Shown here piece after piece: positions 9,048 to 17,865 of a stretch of 63,992 nt of DNA. This DNA is from an uncultured Acidobacteriota bacterium. GTDB lineage: Bacteria; Acidobacteriota; Polarisedimenticolia; Polarisedimenticolales; DASRJG01. The position numbers and the translations under genes were made by a program. The notes under the pieces are model-generated. The model made no database searches. It worked only from the letters and a program-made list of their open reading frames with translations, and was not told where the DNA came from. The stretch covers positions 1-63,992 of the forward strand of contig CAZUGP010000055.1 in NCBI GenBank assembly GCA_964619965.1. The letters run 5' to 3'. Within the stretch, counting starts at the first letter, position 1; each line of letters begins with the position of its first letter.

Positions 9048-9832
9048 CAGATCACCTTGGCTTCTTCGCGCAGCAGGCGGGCCAGAGTGCTCGCGGCCTC
9101 GCCCGCGTCCCCCGTCAAGATCCTCCCCGGGGGGCGTCCCGGCGGGAGCTCGAGCGACAGAGGAACGACGAGGGCGCCTGCGGCCGGCACGCCGAGCTCG
9201 GCAGTGCTCCGCACGACGAATGGTTTTTTCTTGGCCGCCATGATGCCTTTGAGCGAAGGGTAGCGAGGCGGGTGCTCGCCCTTGTCCCACGCGATCACCG
9301 CGGGGAGATCGCCCTGGACGATCTCAACCGCGCCCTCGATGCCGCGATGGGCGGTAAAGCGCCCGTCCGTCACGGCAAGCTCGAAGACGGCGCCGACGTG
9401 CGGACGGTCCAAAAGCTCCCCCAGCATCGGGCCGACCTGCCCCAGGTCGTCGCCGACGCCGATCTTTCCCGTGAACACCAGCTCGGGGGACTCCTCGCGG
9501 ATCGCGGCGGCGAGGATGCGCGCTCGCGTCAGCGCATCCGCCCTCGTCGACGACGCGTCCTGAACGTGGATGGCACGATCGGCTCCCATTGCGAGCGCCT
9601 GCCTCAGAGACGCTTGCGCACTTTCGTCGCCTAGCCCCAAGACGACGACCTCTTGCGCTCCTCCGCTTTCCTTGATCAGGAGCGCCTCTTCGAGGGCGAA
9701 TTCGTCGTAAGGGGAGACGACCATCTTGACGCCGCCAAGATCCGGGTTCTTCCCGTCCGGGCCGATCTTGATCTTCGCTTCCGTGTCGGGGACGTGCTTG
9801 ATGCAGACCAGGATTTTCATGGCGTCAGACAT
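9047..9832 (-). CDS. etfB: Electron transfer flavoprotein subunit beta
   Basis: MKILVCIKHVPDTEAKIKI...VVSPYDEFALEEAL is an ETF-beta signature. An alternative start, MKIL at 9820, would leave a 4-nt gap after the fabF stop instead of an 8-nt overlap. Confidence 0.88.
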   Translation of the reverse strand: MSDAMKILVCIKHVPDTEAKIKIGPDGKNPDLGGVKMVVSPYDEFALEEALLIKESGGAQEVVVLGLGDESAQASLRQALAMGADRAIHVQDASSTRADALTRARILAAAIREESPELVFTGKIGVGDDLGQVGPMLGELLDRPHVGAVFELAVTDGRFTAHRGIEGAVEIVQGDLPAVIAWDKGEHPPRYPSLKGIMAAKKKPFVVRSTAELGVPAAGALVVPLSLELPPGRPPGRILTGDAGEAASTLARLLREEAKVI

Positions 9833-11066
9833 CGTGCCGTGTCATCACAAGGCACGCATTCGTGCCGCCGAAGCCGAAGGAGTTGTTGAGCGCCGCCCGG
9901 ATCGGCATCCGGCGCGCGGTGTTGGGAACGCAGTCGAGATCACAGGAAGGGTCGGGCGTTACGTAGTTGATCGTCGGCGGGACGACGCCGTGGCGCACCG
10001 CAAGCGACGTGATCGCGCTCTCCAGCCCTCCGGCGGCGCCGAGAAGATGGCCGGTCATCGACTTCGTCGATGCGAACGCGAGCTTTCTCGCATGAGATCC
10101 GAACACGGTCTTCACGGCGGTCGTTTCGATCGAGTCACCGACCGGTGTGGATGTGCCGTGGGCGTTGATGTAGTCGACTTCCGGCCCGTCGATGCCCGCG
10201 TCCTTGAGCGCGCCGCGCATAGCGCGGGCCGCGCCGTCACCGTTCGGGGAGGGCGCGGAGATGTGGAACGCGTCGCCGGACAGACCGTATCCCGCGAGCT
10301 CCGCATAGATCGTCGCCCCGCGAGCCAACGCGTGCTCGCGCTCTTCCAGCACGAGGATTCCCGCGCCCTCGCCGATCACGAAACCGTCGCGATCGGCGTC
10401 GAACGGGCGAGACGCCTTCTCGGGCTCGTCGTTGCGCGTCGAGAGCGCCTTCATCGCGCAGAAGCCGCCCACGGCCAACGGCACGATGACCGCGTCGGTG
10501 CCGCCGGCGATCATCGCGTCGGCGTAATCCTCGCGAATGAGACGCATGGCTTCTCCGATGGCGTGGTTCCCGGTCGCGCAGGCGGTCGCGCAGGCGAGGT
10601 TGGGACCCTTGGCCCCGAAGAGGATCGAGACGTGCCCCGCGGCAAGATTCACGATCATTCCCGGGATGAAGAACGGCGAGATTCTCCGGGGCCCCTTGTC
10701 GAGATACGCCTTGTGGGTCTCTTCGAAGAGGGGCATGCCCCCGATGCCGGACCCGATGTACACGCCCACCCTCTCGCCGTTTTGCGCATCGATCTTCAGG
10801 CCGGAATCGGCAACGGCCTCATTCGACGCGGCGATCGCGAAGTGGATGAAGGTGTCCATCTTCTTGACGTCTTTACGGTCGATGTAGCTCTCGGGCACGA
10901 ATCCGCGAACCTCTCCCCCGATCCGGCACGTAAACGCGGATGCGTCGAACTTGGTGATCGGACCGATGCCGCTCTTCCCGGCAACGAGCGCCGACCAAGT
11001 GGACGGCGTGTCCAGGCCGAGCGGGGAGACGACCCCGACTCCGGTGATGACGACGCGGCGGCGCAC
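9825..11066 (-). CDS. fabF: Beta-ketoacyl-ACP synthase II
   Basis: RRVVITGVGVVSPLG, the active-site ACATGNHAIG, NAHGTSTP and NSFGFGGTNA are all present. The start codon is GTG. Confidence 0.93.
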   Translation of the reverse strand: MRRRVVITGVGVVSPLGLDTPSTWSALVAGKSGIGPITKFDASAFTCRIGGEVRGFVPESYIDRKDVKKMDTFIHFAIAASNEAVADSGLKIDAQNGERVGVYIGSGIGGMPLFEETHKAYLDKGPRRISPFFIPGMIVNLAAGHVSILFGAKGPNLACATACATGNHAIGEAMRLIREDYADAMIAGGTDAVIVPLAVGGFCAMKALSTRNDEPEKASRPFDADRDGFVIGEGAGILVLEEREHALARGATIYAELAGYGLSGDAFHISAPSPNGDGAARAMRGALKDAGIDGPEVDYINAHGTSTPVGDSIETTAVKTVFGSHARKLAFASTKSMTGHLLGAAGGLESAITSLAVRHGVVPPTINYVTPDPSCDLDCVPNTARRMPIRAALNNSFGFGGTNACLVMTRHDV

Positions 11067-11068
11067 GC

Positions 11069-11308
11069 TCAGGCCTTGGCGTGGGCCCCGATGTAATCGA
11101 TGGCCTGCTTCACGGTCGTGAGCTTCTCGGCGTCCTCGTCGCTGATCTCGAGCTTGAATTCTTCTTCGAGAGCCATGACGAGCTCGACGACATCGAGGGA
11201 ATCCGCCCCCAAATCGTCGACGAAGTGCGCTTCGGGCTTGACTTCTTTCTCGTCGACACCCAGCTGCTCCACGATGATGTTCTTGACCTTGTCTTCGATG
11301 GAAGCCAT
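11069..11308 (-). CDS. acpP: Acyl carrier protein
   Basis: The 79-aa protein [18 protein letters not shown]...[20 protein letters not shown] contains the DSL phosphopantetheine attachment site. Confidence 0.95.
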   Translation of the reverse strand: MASIEDKVKNIIVEQLGVDEKEVKPEAHFVDDLGADSLDVVELVMALEEEFKLEISDEDAEKLTTVKQAIDYIGAHAKA

Positions 11309-11373
11309 CGCGCGTTTCCTCCGTTTCAAATTGCGGCCGGCTTTCGCACCTGCGTCCCGCCCGCTGGGCCTAC

Positions 11374-12120
11374 TTACATGTACATTCCGCCGTTGATGTC
11401 CAACGTAATTCCCGTCACGAACGAGGCCTGCTCGCTGAGGAGGTAGGTCACCCCCGCAGCGACGTCTTCAGGACGACCGAGGCGCTTCATCGGAACCTGG
11501 GCGAGCAGCGCCTCGCGCTGCGCTTCCGTCAGCGTCTCCGTCATGTCGGTTTCGATGAAACCCGGGGCCACGCAATTCACCGTGATGTTACGCGACGCAA
11601 GCTCTCTAGCGAGCGATCTCGTGAACCCTTCCGTCCCGGCTTTGGCGGCGGCGTAATTGGATTGGCCCGGGTTTCCGCTGCGGGCGACAACCGACGTGAC
11701 GTTCACGATTCTTCCGTATCTCGCCTTGACCATGGAGGGGACCATCGAACGACAGATTCGGTAGATCCCCGAGAGATTGGTGCCGATCACCTGGTCCCAA
11801 TCCTCCTTTTTCATCCGCAACAGGAGGTTGTCCCGGGTGATTCCAGCATTGTTCACGAGGAGCGGGATTGTAGCATGCTCCTTCAGGACCTCCGCCATCG
11901 CGGAGTCGACCGACCGGTCGTCGGCGATGTCCAGGGCGAGCGCCTTCGCGGTCCCTCCCCCGTTCACGATCTCGTCGACCGTGCGGCCTGCGGCCTCCAG
12001 CGAGCGCGCGCCGGCGATCACCGTGGCGCCGCCTGCAGCCAACGCCAACGCGATCGCGCGACCGATTCCTCGCGAGGCGCCCGTGACGAGCGCCACCTTC
12101 CCGGCGAAGCTCCGGTCCAT
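11374..12120 (-). CDS. fabG: 3-oxoacyl-ACP reductase
   Basis: [21 protein letters not shown] and YAAAKAG (YxxxK) are SDR signatures, in the canonical fab position. I use the internal ATG (MDRSF); the upstream ORF extension overlaps fabD. Confidence 0.9.
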   Translation of the reverse strand: MDRSFAGKVALVTGASRGIGRAIALALAAGGATVIAGARSLEAAGRTVDEIVNGGGTAKALALDIADDRSVDSAMAEVLKEHATIPLLVNNAGITRDNLLLRMKKEDWDQVIGTNLSGIYRICRSMVPSMVKARYGRIVNVTSVVARSGNPGQSNYAAAKAGTEGFTRSLARELASRNITVNCVAPGFIETDMTETLTEAQREALLAQVPMKRLGRPEDVAAGVTYLLSEQASFVTGITLDINGGMYM

Positions 12121-12122
12121 AA

Positions 12123-13061
12123 TCAGCTCTCCAGCTCGTGAAGCGCCGCGGCAAGGCCGTCGGCGTCCGCGACGGAATGCACACGCGCGTCCTTTCGGAT
12201 GCGCCGCACGAGCCCGGCCAAAACCCGCCCGGGGCCGAACTCGACGAACGTATCGATTCCGTCGTCGGTCATCCTGAGGACCTCCTCGTCCCAACGCACC
12301 GACGACGCGACCTGCCGCACGAGGGCGTCTCTTGCGGCGGCGGCGGAGCGGACCGGTGCGGCATCGGCGTTGGTGTACACCGGAATCGACGGATCGCAAA
12401 ACGTTACGGAGTTGAGCACCGTGGCCAGGCGCGCTCCTGCCGGCTCCATCAACGCGCAGTGGAACGGAGCGCTCACTTGCAGCGGAACGGTTCGTTTGGC
12501 GCCGGCGGCGAGCGCAGCCTCGCAGGCCCGATTCACCGCCCGGGTGTGGCCGGCGATCACGATCTGCCCGGGGCCGTTCGCATTGGCGCAGCTGACGACC
12601 TCGCCGCCCGCGACGGCAACGCACACGCTTTCGACGCTGGCACGATCGAGGCCCAAGATCGCGGCCATGGCGCCTTGCCCCTCCGGCACGGCCTCTTGCA
12701 TGAATCGTCCGCGGTCCCGCACGACCCGGACCGCGTCTTCGAATCTCAAGGTGTTGGCAACGACGTGGGCCGCGTATTCGCCCAGGCTGTGACCGGCGGC
12801 GGCGACCGGCTGCGGCCCGCCCCGTGCCGTGAACGCGCGGAACGCGGCCACGGCTAAGGTTAAGATCGCGGGCTGCGTGATCTCCGTTCGGACGAGCTCA
12901 GCCTCCGGTCCTTCGAAGCAGAGCGCGGTCAGTCCGAAACCGAGCGCGTCGTCCGCGGCCCGGAAGACCGCGGCCGCAGCGGGCTCGATCGCAGCGAGGT
13001 CCTTCCCCATGCCGGGGTATTGCGATCCTTGACCTGGAAACAGCGCGGCGAAAGGCCTCAC
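12123..13061 (-). CDS. fabD: Malonyl CoA-ACP transacylase
   Basis: FAALFPGQGSQYPGMG, the active-site GHSLGEY and VSAPFHC are present. The GTG start overlaps the fabH TGA. Confidence 0.9.
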   Translation of the reverse strand: MRPFAALFPGQGSQYPGMGKDLAAIEPAAAAVFRAADDALGFGLTALCFEGPEAELVRTEITQPAILTLAVAAFRAFTARGGPQPVAAAGHSLGEYAAHVVANTLRFEDAVRVVRDRGRFMQEAVPEGQGAMAAILGLDRASVESVCVAVAGGEVVSCANANGPGQIVIAGHTRAVNRACEAALAAGAKRTVPLQVSAPFHCALMEPAGARLATVLNSVTFCDPSIPVYTNADAAPVRSAAAARDALVRQVASSVRWDEEVLRMTDDGIDTFVEFGPGRVLAGLVRRIRKDARVHSVADADGLAAALHELES

Positions 13062-14044
13062 CAGCGCACCGCGCTCGCCGCCCAAGTGAGGCCCGCCCCG
13101 AAAGCCGCCATCAGGATGACGTCGCCCCGCTTGACGCTGCCGGATCGCACGGCTTCGTCGAGCGCGATCGGGATCGACGCCGCGGAGGTGTTGCCGTAGC
13201 GGTCGATGTTGACGTAGCAACGTTCCGCCGGGATCCCGAGCCGCTCGCGTACCGCATCGATGATCCTCTGATTGGCTTGATGGGGGATGAACCACGAGAC
13301 ATCGTCGGGGGTCAGCCCGGCCATCCCCAGGACCTCGCGCGAAACGTCCTCGATCGATCGAACGGCGATCTTGAAGGTCTCATTCCCGCGCATCCTGATG
13401 AAATGCAGTCCCTCCGCGACGGTCTGCGGGCTTGCGGGGTGCTTCGATCCGCCACCTTCCATGCAGATGAAATCGCTCATGCTGCCGTCCGAGTGCAGCG
13501 CGGAGGCGAGGACGCCTTGCGGCAGTTTTCCTTCGCTCATCACCGCGGCGCCGGCGCCGTCGGCGAAGATGACGCAGGTCGTGCGGTCGGTCCAGTCGAG
13601 GAACTTGCTCAGCAGCTCGGCCCCGACGACCAAGACGTTGCGGCAGCGGCCGCTGACGATGAACTGCTTCGCGACCGATTGCGCATAGATGAATCCGGAG
13701 CAACCGGCCTGCATGTCGAACGCCGCAGCGTGCTGGCAGCCCAAGCTGTGCTGCAAGAGACAAGCGGTTGCCGGGATCGGCACGTCGGGCGTCACGGTGG
13801 CGCAGATGATCAGGTCGATGGCGCTGGGTAGGACACCCGCCATCTCCATCGCGTTTCGCGATGCCGCAAGGGCGAACTCGGACACCGTTTCGTGGGGCCG
13901 GGCGATCCGCCTTTCGCGAATTCCCGTTCGAGACCGGATCCAATCGTCGCTCGTGTCGACGATCTTCTCCAAGTCGGCATTGGTCATGACGTGGGAGGGA
14001 ACGCTCATGCCCGTTCCCGTGATGATCGCGCTACGAGTCCCCAA
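13058..14044 (-). CDS. fabH: Beta-ketoacyl-ACP synthase III
   Basis: SAIITGTGMSVP..MTNADLEKIVDTSDDWIRSRTGIRERR, the active-site Cys context AGCSGFIYA, HQANQRI and FGAGLTW are present. The start codon is TTG. Confidence 0.92.
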   Translation of the reverse strand: MGTRSAIITGTGMSVPSHVMTNADLEKIVDTSDDWIRSRTGIRERRIARPHETVSEFALAASRNAMEMAGVLPSAIDLIICATVTPDVPIPATACLLQHSLGCQHAAAFDMQAGCSGFIYAQSVAKQFIVSGRCRNVLVVGAELLSKFLDWTDRTTCVIFADGAGAAVMSEGKLPQGVLASALHSDGSMSDFICMEGGGSKHPASPQTVAEGLHFIRMRGNETFKIAVRSIEDVSREVLGMAGLTPDDVSWFIPHQANQRIIDAVRERLGIPAERCYVNIDRYGNTSAASIPIALDEAVRSGSVKRGDVILMAAFGAGLTWAASAVRW

Positions 14045-14070
14045 GGCCCCTCCTCCGCGGGCTCAGGCGC

Positions 14071-14089
14071 GGGAGGCCCTCGGCCTCCC
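14071..14089 (-). promoter_or_regulatory. GC hairpin between rpmF and fabH (possible attenuator or processing site)
   Basis: GGGAGGCC-ctc-GGCCTCCC forms a perfect 8-bp stem with a 3-nt loop in the 90-nt rpmF-fabH spacer. There is no U-tract. Confidence 0.35.
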
Positions 14090-14134
14090 TTCGGGATGCG
14101 TCACGCGGCGGACGATCATAACCCGCGTCGGCCC

Positions 14135-14317
14135 CTAGGCAGAGGGGGGTTCGACGACTTCGCGGCCCTTGTAGTGACCGCAATGGGGACATACCCGGTG
14201 GGGAAGCTTGCGCTCCTGGCAGTTCGGGCAAACCGAAGTTCCGGGCTGTGCCAACGCGTCGTGCGCGCGGCGTTTGTCGCGCCGGGCCCTGGAATGTCGT
14301 CGTTTTGGATTCGGCAT
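14135..14317 (-). CDS. rpmF: 50S ribosomal protein L32
   Basis: [19 protein letters not shown]...[16 protein letters not shown] is L32 with its Cys motifs. Confidence 0.95.
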   Translation of the reverse strand: MPNPKRRHSRARRDKRRAHDALAQPGTSVCPNCQERKLPHRVCPHCGHYKGREVVEPPSA

Positions 14318-14331
14318 GGTCTGAAACCTCT

Positions 14332-14865
14332 TTACGAGTCGTGCGGCTTTCGTCTGAACGGCAATAACGGGGCCAATCGGGGATCAGCGTCTTGGGGCAT
14401 GCATTCACACGCTCCCAGATTCTTGTTCGTTCCGCACGTTGGACAGAGTCCCTTGCATGACGGCAAACAGATCGGCTTCAACGGCAGATTGAGGTACAGT
14501 TGCTCCTTGGCGAGGTCCTCGAGGCCGATCTTGCCTTCGGGGGCGACCAAGACCGAGGCTTCGTCCTCCGAGTCGGCGCTTCCGGGTGCTGGAACCGTCG
14601 CAGCAACGCGTCGCAGCACCTTCCAAGCAAACACCATGTGAACGTCCCACGAGAAGGTCTCTAGACATCGGCTGCATGTCAGCGGAACGGTCGCTCCGAG
14701 GCGGGCGTTCAACTCGGCCCCACCCGGGATGGGGACGACCGTGCCCTCCAATCGCGCGTCGACGTCCGGGATCGACTCCCGGCTCGGACCTTCCAACCCG
14801 TGAAGGCGCACCGATCTCTCGAACGAGATCCCCTCGGAACCTATTGTGTTGATATCAATGAACAT
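14332..14865 (-). CDS. yceD: YceD/DUF177 family protein (23S rRNA accumulation protein)
   Basis: The position upstream of rpmF is conserved for this family. The C-terminal [16 protein letters not shown] motif is typical of DUF177. Confidence 0.8.
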   Translation of the reverse strand: MFIDINTIGSEGISFERSVRLHGLEGPSRESIPDVDARLEGTVVPIPGGAELNARLGATVPLTCSRCLETFSWDVHMVFAWKVLRRVAATVPAPGSADSEDEASVLVAPEGKIGLEDLAKEQLYLNLPLKPICLPSCKGLCPTCGTNKNLGACECMPQDADPRLAPLLPFRRKPHDS

Positions 14866-14886
14866 TTCGCTTCCGGAGAAACGCGG

Positions 14887-14914
14887 ATTATACCAGGGGT
14901 GACCCCCCTGTCAA
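14887..14914 (-). promoter_or_regulatory. Consensus sigma-70 promoter for the yceD-rpmF-fab operon
   Basis: The minus strand reads TTGACA, a 16-nt spacer, then TATAAT. Both hexamers are perfect. The -10 element ends 22 nt upstream of the yceD ATG. Confidence 0.6.
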
Positions 14915-14942
14915 GAAATCCGGAAGGGGCGCGAGCGCGGGG

Positions 14943-16433
14943 TCAGGAGACGGAATCGAGCTCTTTCATGGCGATTTCGTGGGTGGGCGCGAGCGTGAGG
15001 GCTTCCTCGAACTGCTTTTTAGCGCGGAGTTTCAGTCCCCGGCGCTTGTAGAAGCGGCCGAGCGCAACCCTGTATTCGGCGTTCCACTGGTCCAGGCGCG
15101 CGGCCTCGACGAAGTTCTGCTCGGCCATGCGCTGCCAGCGCGCGTCCGGATTCTTGGCCTGGCATTCGGCGAGGAGAAAGTAGAAGCGGGCGTCCTCCGG
15201 GCTGTAGCTGATGGCCAGCTTTCCGTATTGGATTGCGTTGTACGGGTCCCCTTCCCGCATGAATTTCTTGGCCTGGGCGAAGTAGGTATCGGCGAGCTTC
15301 GCGTTTTCTTCGATCGCGACTTTCGTCTTGGTCTTGTCCATCTCGACGCGAACAAGAAAATCGTCCATGACATGGGGTTCCTTGGCCGGGCGTCCGTCCT
15401 CGGGACGCCCCCCATGATCGCCGCCCCGTGCCTGCACGAGGGTCAAATAGGCCTCGACGAACCGACTCTCGATGACCGCCAGCTCGGAGCGGAGGCGCTC
15501 CCTGATCCGGGGCAAGATCCGATCCCGGCTGAACCTGTCCTTCGCCTCTTCGTAGGCGCGTTCGATCGTCTCGCGGCGCGCGCTCGAGGGAAGCCCCAGA
15601 ACCTCGTGCGGGTTCTTGTTCTTCAGCGAGGCGTACGTCTCGACGACCATCTTTTCCTGCAACCCCTCGAGCGCAACGGTGTCCGCGTGATCCCGCAGGA
15701 TCGCGGTGACCCGGAACGCCCCTTCTCCTACCGGCGGGTCGTAGCTGATCACACCCATCACGAGAAGGCCGTAGAGAAAGCGGCACGCCAGCCCCTCCTC
15801 GGCCGGGGGCAGGAGCGCGAGGACGTCTTGAAGGCGGCTCGGTCCATCGACGCGCGACAGGATGTAGCCGTGCGCCGGGGAGAGTGCCAAGCGTTCGAGC
15901 GGGACGGGAGCGGGCTGCCGCAGCTTCAGTCGGTTGTCGAGCCCCTTCATCGCCGACTGGATCGGCTCGAATCCCGTCATCGCGCCAATCCCTTTGAGTA
16001 TGACCTCGAAGGTCAGCAGGATGTCGCTCTCGAAGATCTCCTGGAGGAGCCAGCCCTCGCTGAATCGCGCTGTCCCTCCTTCCCACTGGAAGATGGACTG
16101 CACGACGTGCTCGACGATGTAGCGCACGGTGTGGGAAAGGGTCTCCTTTCCGATCAAACCGCGATTCACCAACGCCTGTGCCAAATCCTTCGGCTCGCTG
16201 ATGTTGCGTCTGGCCTCGGCGAGAGCCCCGGGCGAGATCTTGCCTTCGTTGACCAAGCGACGCCCGAGGTCTTCGTCGTCGGCACCGGATTCTGCGAACA
16301 GGATCATCCCGCGGTCGAAGTAGATTCGCTTCTCGACGTTCCCGTGACTGACATTGAGGACGCCCGAGCGCTCCCCGACGTAGAGGTCACGGAAGATCTC
16401 CGCAAGCGTCTGGCTGCTGAAGTTGGCCTGCAT
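14943..16433 (-). CDS. DUF4388-like N-terminal domain / degenerate J-like domain / TPR-repeat protein
   Basis: From the ATG at 16433, MQANFSSQTLAEIFRDLYVGERSGVLNVSHGNVEKRIYFDRGMILFA is DUF4388-like. The central NPHEVLGLPSSARRETIERAYEEAKDRFSRDR is J-domain-like, but HPD is replaced by SRD. The C-terminal part has TPR-like helices (YFAQAKKFMREGDPYNAIQYGKLAI...). Confidence 0.6.
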   Translation of the reverse strand: MQANFSSQTLAEIFRDLYVGERSGVLNVSHGNVEKRIYFDRGMILFAESGADDEDLGRRLVNEGKISPGALAEARRNISEPKDLAQALVNRGLIGKETLSHTVRYIVEHVVQSIFQWEGGTARFSEGWLLQEIFESDILLTFEVILKGIGAMTGFEPIQSAMKGLDNRLKLRQPAPVPLERLALSPAHGYILSRVDGPSRLQDVLALLPPAEEGLACRFLYGLLVMGVISYDPPVGEGAFRVTAILRDHADTVALEGLQEKMVVETYASLKNKNPHEVLGLPSSARRETIERAYEEAKDRFSRDRILPRIRERLRSELAVIESRFVEAYLTLVQARGGDHGGRPEDGRPAKEPHVMDDFLVRVEMDKTKTKVAIEENAKLADTYFAQAKKFMREGDPYNAIQYGKLAISYSPEDARFYFLLAECQAKNPDARWQRMAEQNFVEAARLDQWNAEYRVALGRFYKRRGLKLRAKKQFEEALTLAPTHEIAMKELDSVS

Positions 16434-16524
16434 CCCCGACCTACCCCCAGAACCTATACTGTCCACGGTCGACAATATAGATATCGCGGCCAGAAAGGAA
16501 AGTGGCGTGAAGCGGGGGGTCCGG

Positions 16525-17865
16525 ATGCGGGCGGTCGCCGTAGCCCTGACGTTCGCCGGCGCGCCATCCGCGCAAGCGGAACCGAACCGCGCCGCGTTCC
16601 TTGCCGCGCTGCACGACGGACGATTCGAAAGGGCCCGCGAGACTCTGCGGGAACGGGGGGTGCCCACGCGCCCCGACGACCTTTTCTTCGATGCTTTCAC
16701 GACGTACTGGCAGCTGGTATTCGACGACGAGAACCCGAGCCTCCGGGAGTATTTTGAAAAGCAGCTGAATACGGTGATCGCGGCAGCCGAGAAAACATCA
16801 AAAACGGGGGGTGGCGACGCGCTCTGGGCCGGGTCGAGCCACCTCCTGCTCGCCGAGCTCCGTGCGTCCCAGAGGCGCCCGCTGGCCGCCGCATTCGAGG
16901 CGAAGAAGGCCAAGCGCCTCCTGGAATCAACGTCGATCACCGGCGCGGACCGGACCGACGCGCTGTTCGGGATCGGCACCTACAACTACGTCGCCGACAC
17001 GGTCCCCTCGTACGTGAAGGGATTGCGGGCGCTTCTCTTCTTGCCGAAGGGCAATCGCGCGAAGGGTCTCTTACAGCTCGCCGAGACGGCCGCCGGGAGC
17101 CACTCCTTCGCCCTCGAAGCACGCACGCTGCTCGTGACGATCTACGCGCACCGTCACGAGCGGCTCTACGGTCTGGCCTTGGAAGAACGCGACCGCCTCC
17201 TCGGCGCGTTCCCCGAACCGATCGCGTCGTCCTACGCCGCCGCGCGCCTCGATCTGTCTCTCGGCCGAAACAAATCCGCGATCGACCTTTTGGAAAGGGC
17301 CCAGGAGCGAGCGCGAACCTTGGGTGATGTCGATCCCGTCGTCTGGCGCTGCATCGATCTGCTGCGCGCGCGCGCCGAGCTGGCCTCGCTACGTCCCGAC
17401 CGCGCCTTGGCGACGGCAGGGCGCGCCTTGGCGACCGGGCAAGGGCTGGGATCCGCGATGCGGAACGATTTCGAAGCCATTCGCGCCACGGCCACGCGCC
17501 TGGCGGAGGGAATCGCCTGGTCTCAGCTCGACGGGCCAAGTGCCCCTTCGCACGAAGCGGCCGCCTACGGCTCTTTGGCGACGGCGCATCCCGAGCGCCC
17601 GCTTCTCGCCCTCCTTGCAGGCGACGCCGAGCTGCGCGCAGGACGGGCGCGCGAGGCGCTTGACTGGTGTACCCGCGCTGCGGAGGCGGGGCTTCCGCCC
17701 GAACTACGGGCGGGATGCCAGCTCCGCCAAGGCCAGGCGCAGGATCTGCTCGGTCTGAGATCGCAAGCGCAGGAGATGTACAAGCGCGCCGCGGCGACTC
17801 CGGGGTTCGTGGCGAAGGACGCTGCTTTCTACTACCAACAGGCGCCCTACCGGCTCGCACCATGA
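16525..17865 (+). CDS. Secreted all-helical (TPR-like) hypothetical protein
   Basis: MRAVAVALTFAGAPSAQA is a signal peptide. The rest is Ala/Leu/Arg-rich helical repeats. An ATGA overlap links it to the next gene. Confidence 0.5.
   Translation: MRAVAVALTFAGAPSAQAEPNRAAFLAALHDGRFERARETLRERGVPTRPDDLFFDAFTTYWQLVFDDENPSLREYFEKQLNTVIAAAEKTSKTGGGDALWAGSSHLLLAELRASQRRPLAAAFEAKKAKRLLESTSITGADRTDALFGIGTYNYVADTVPSYVKGLRALLFLPKGNRAKGLLQLAETAAGSHSFALEARTLLVTIYAHRHERLYGLALEERDRLLGAFPEPIASSYAAARLDLSLGRNKSAIDLLERAQERARTLGDVDPVVWRCIDLLRARAELASLRPDRALATAGRALATGQGLGSAMRNDFEAIRATATRLAEGIAWSQLDGPSAPSHEAAAYGSLATAHPERPLLALLAGDAELRAGRAREALDWCTRAAEAGLPPELRAGCQLRQGQAQDLLGLRSQAQEMYKRAAATPGFVAKDAAFYYQQAPYRLAP

Noticed and set aside
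14943-16979. The long version (678 aa) of the DUF4388/J-like/TPR ORF
   Set aside because: The N-terminal 180 aa would overlap the divergent gene 16525-17865 and are Ser/Arg/Ala low-complexity. The domain sequence starts at the ATG at 16433.
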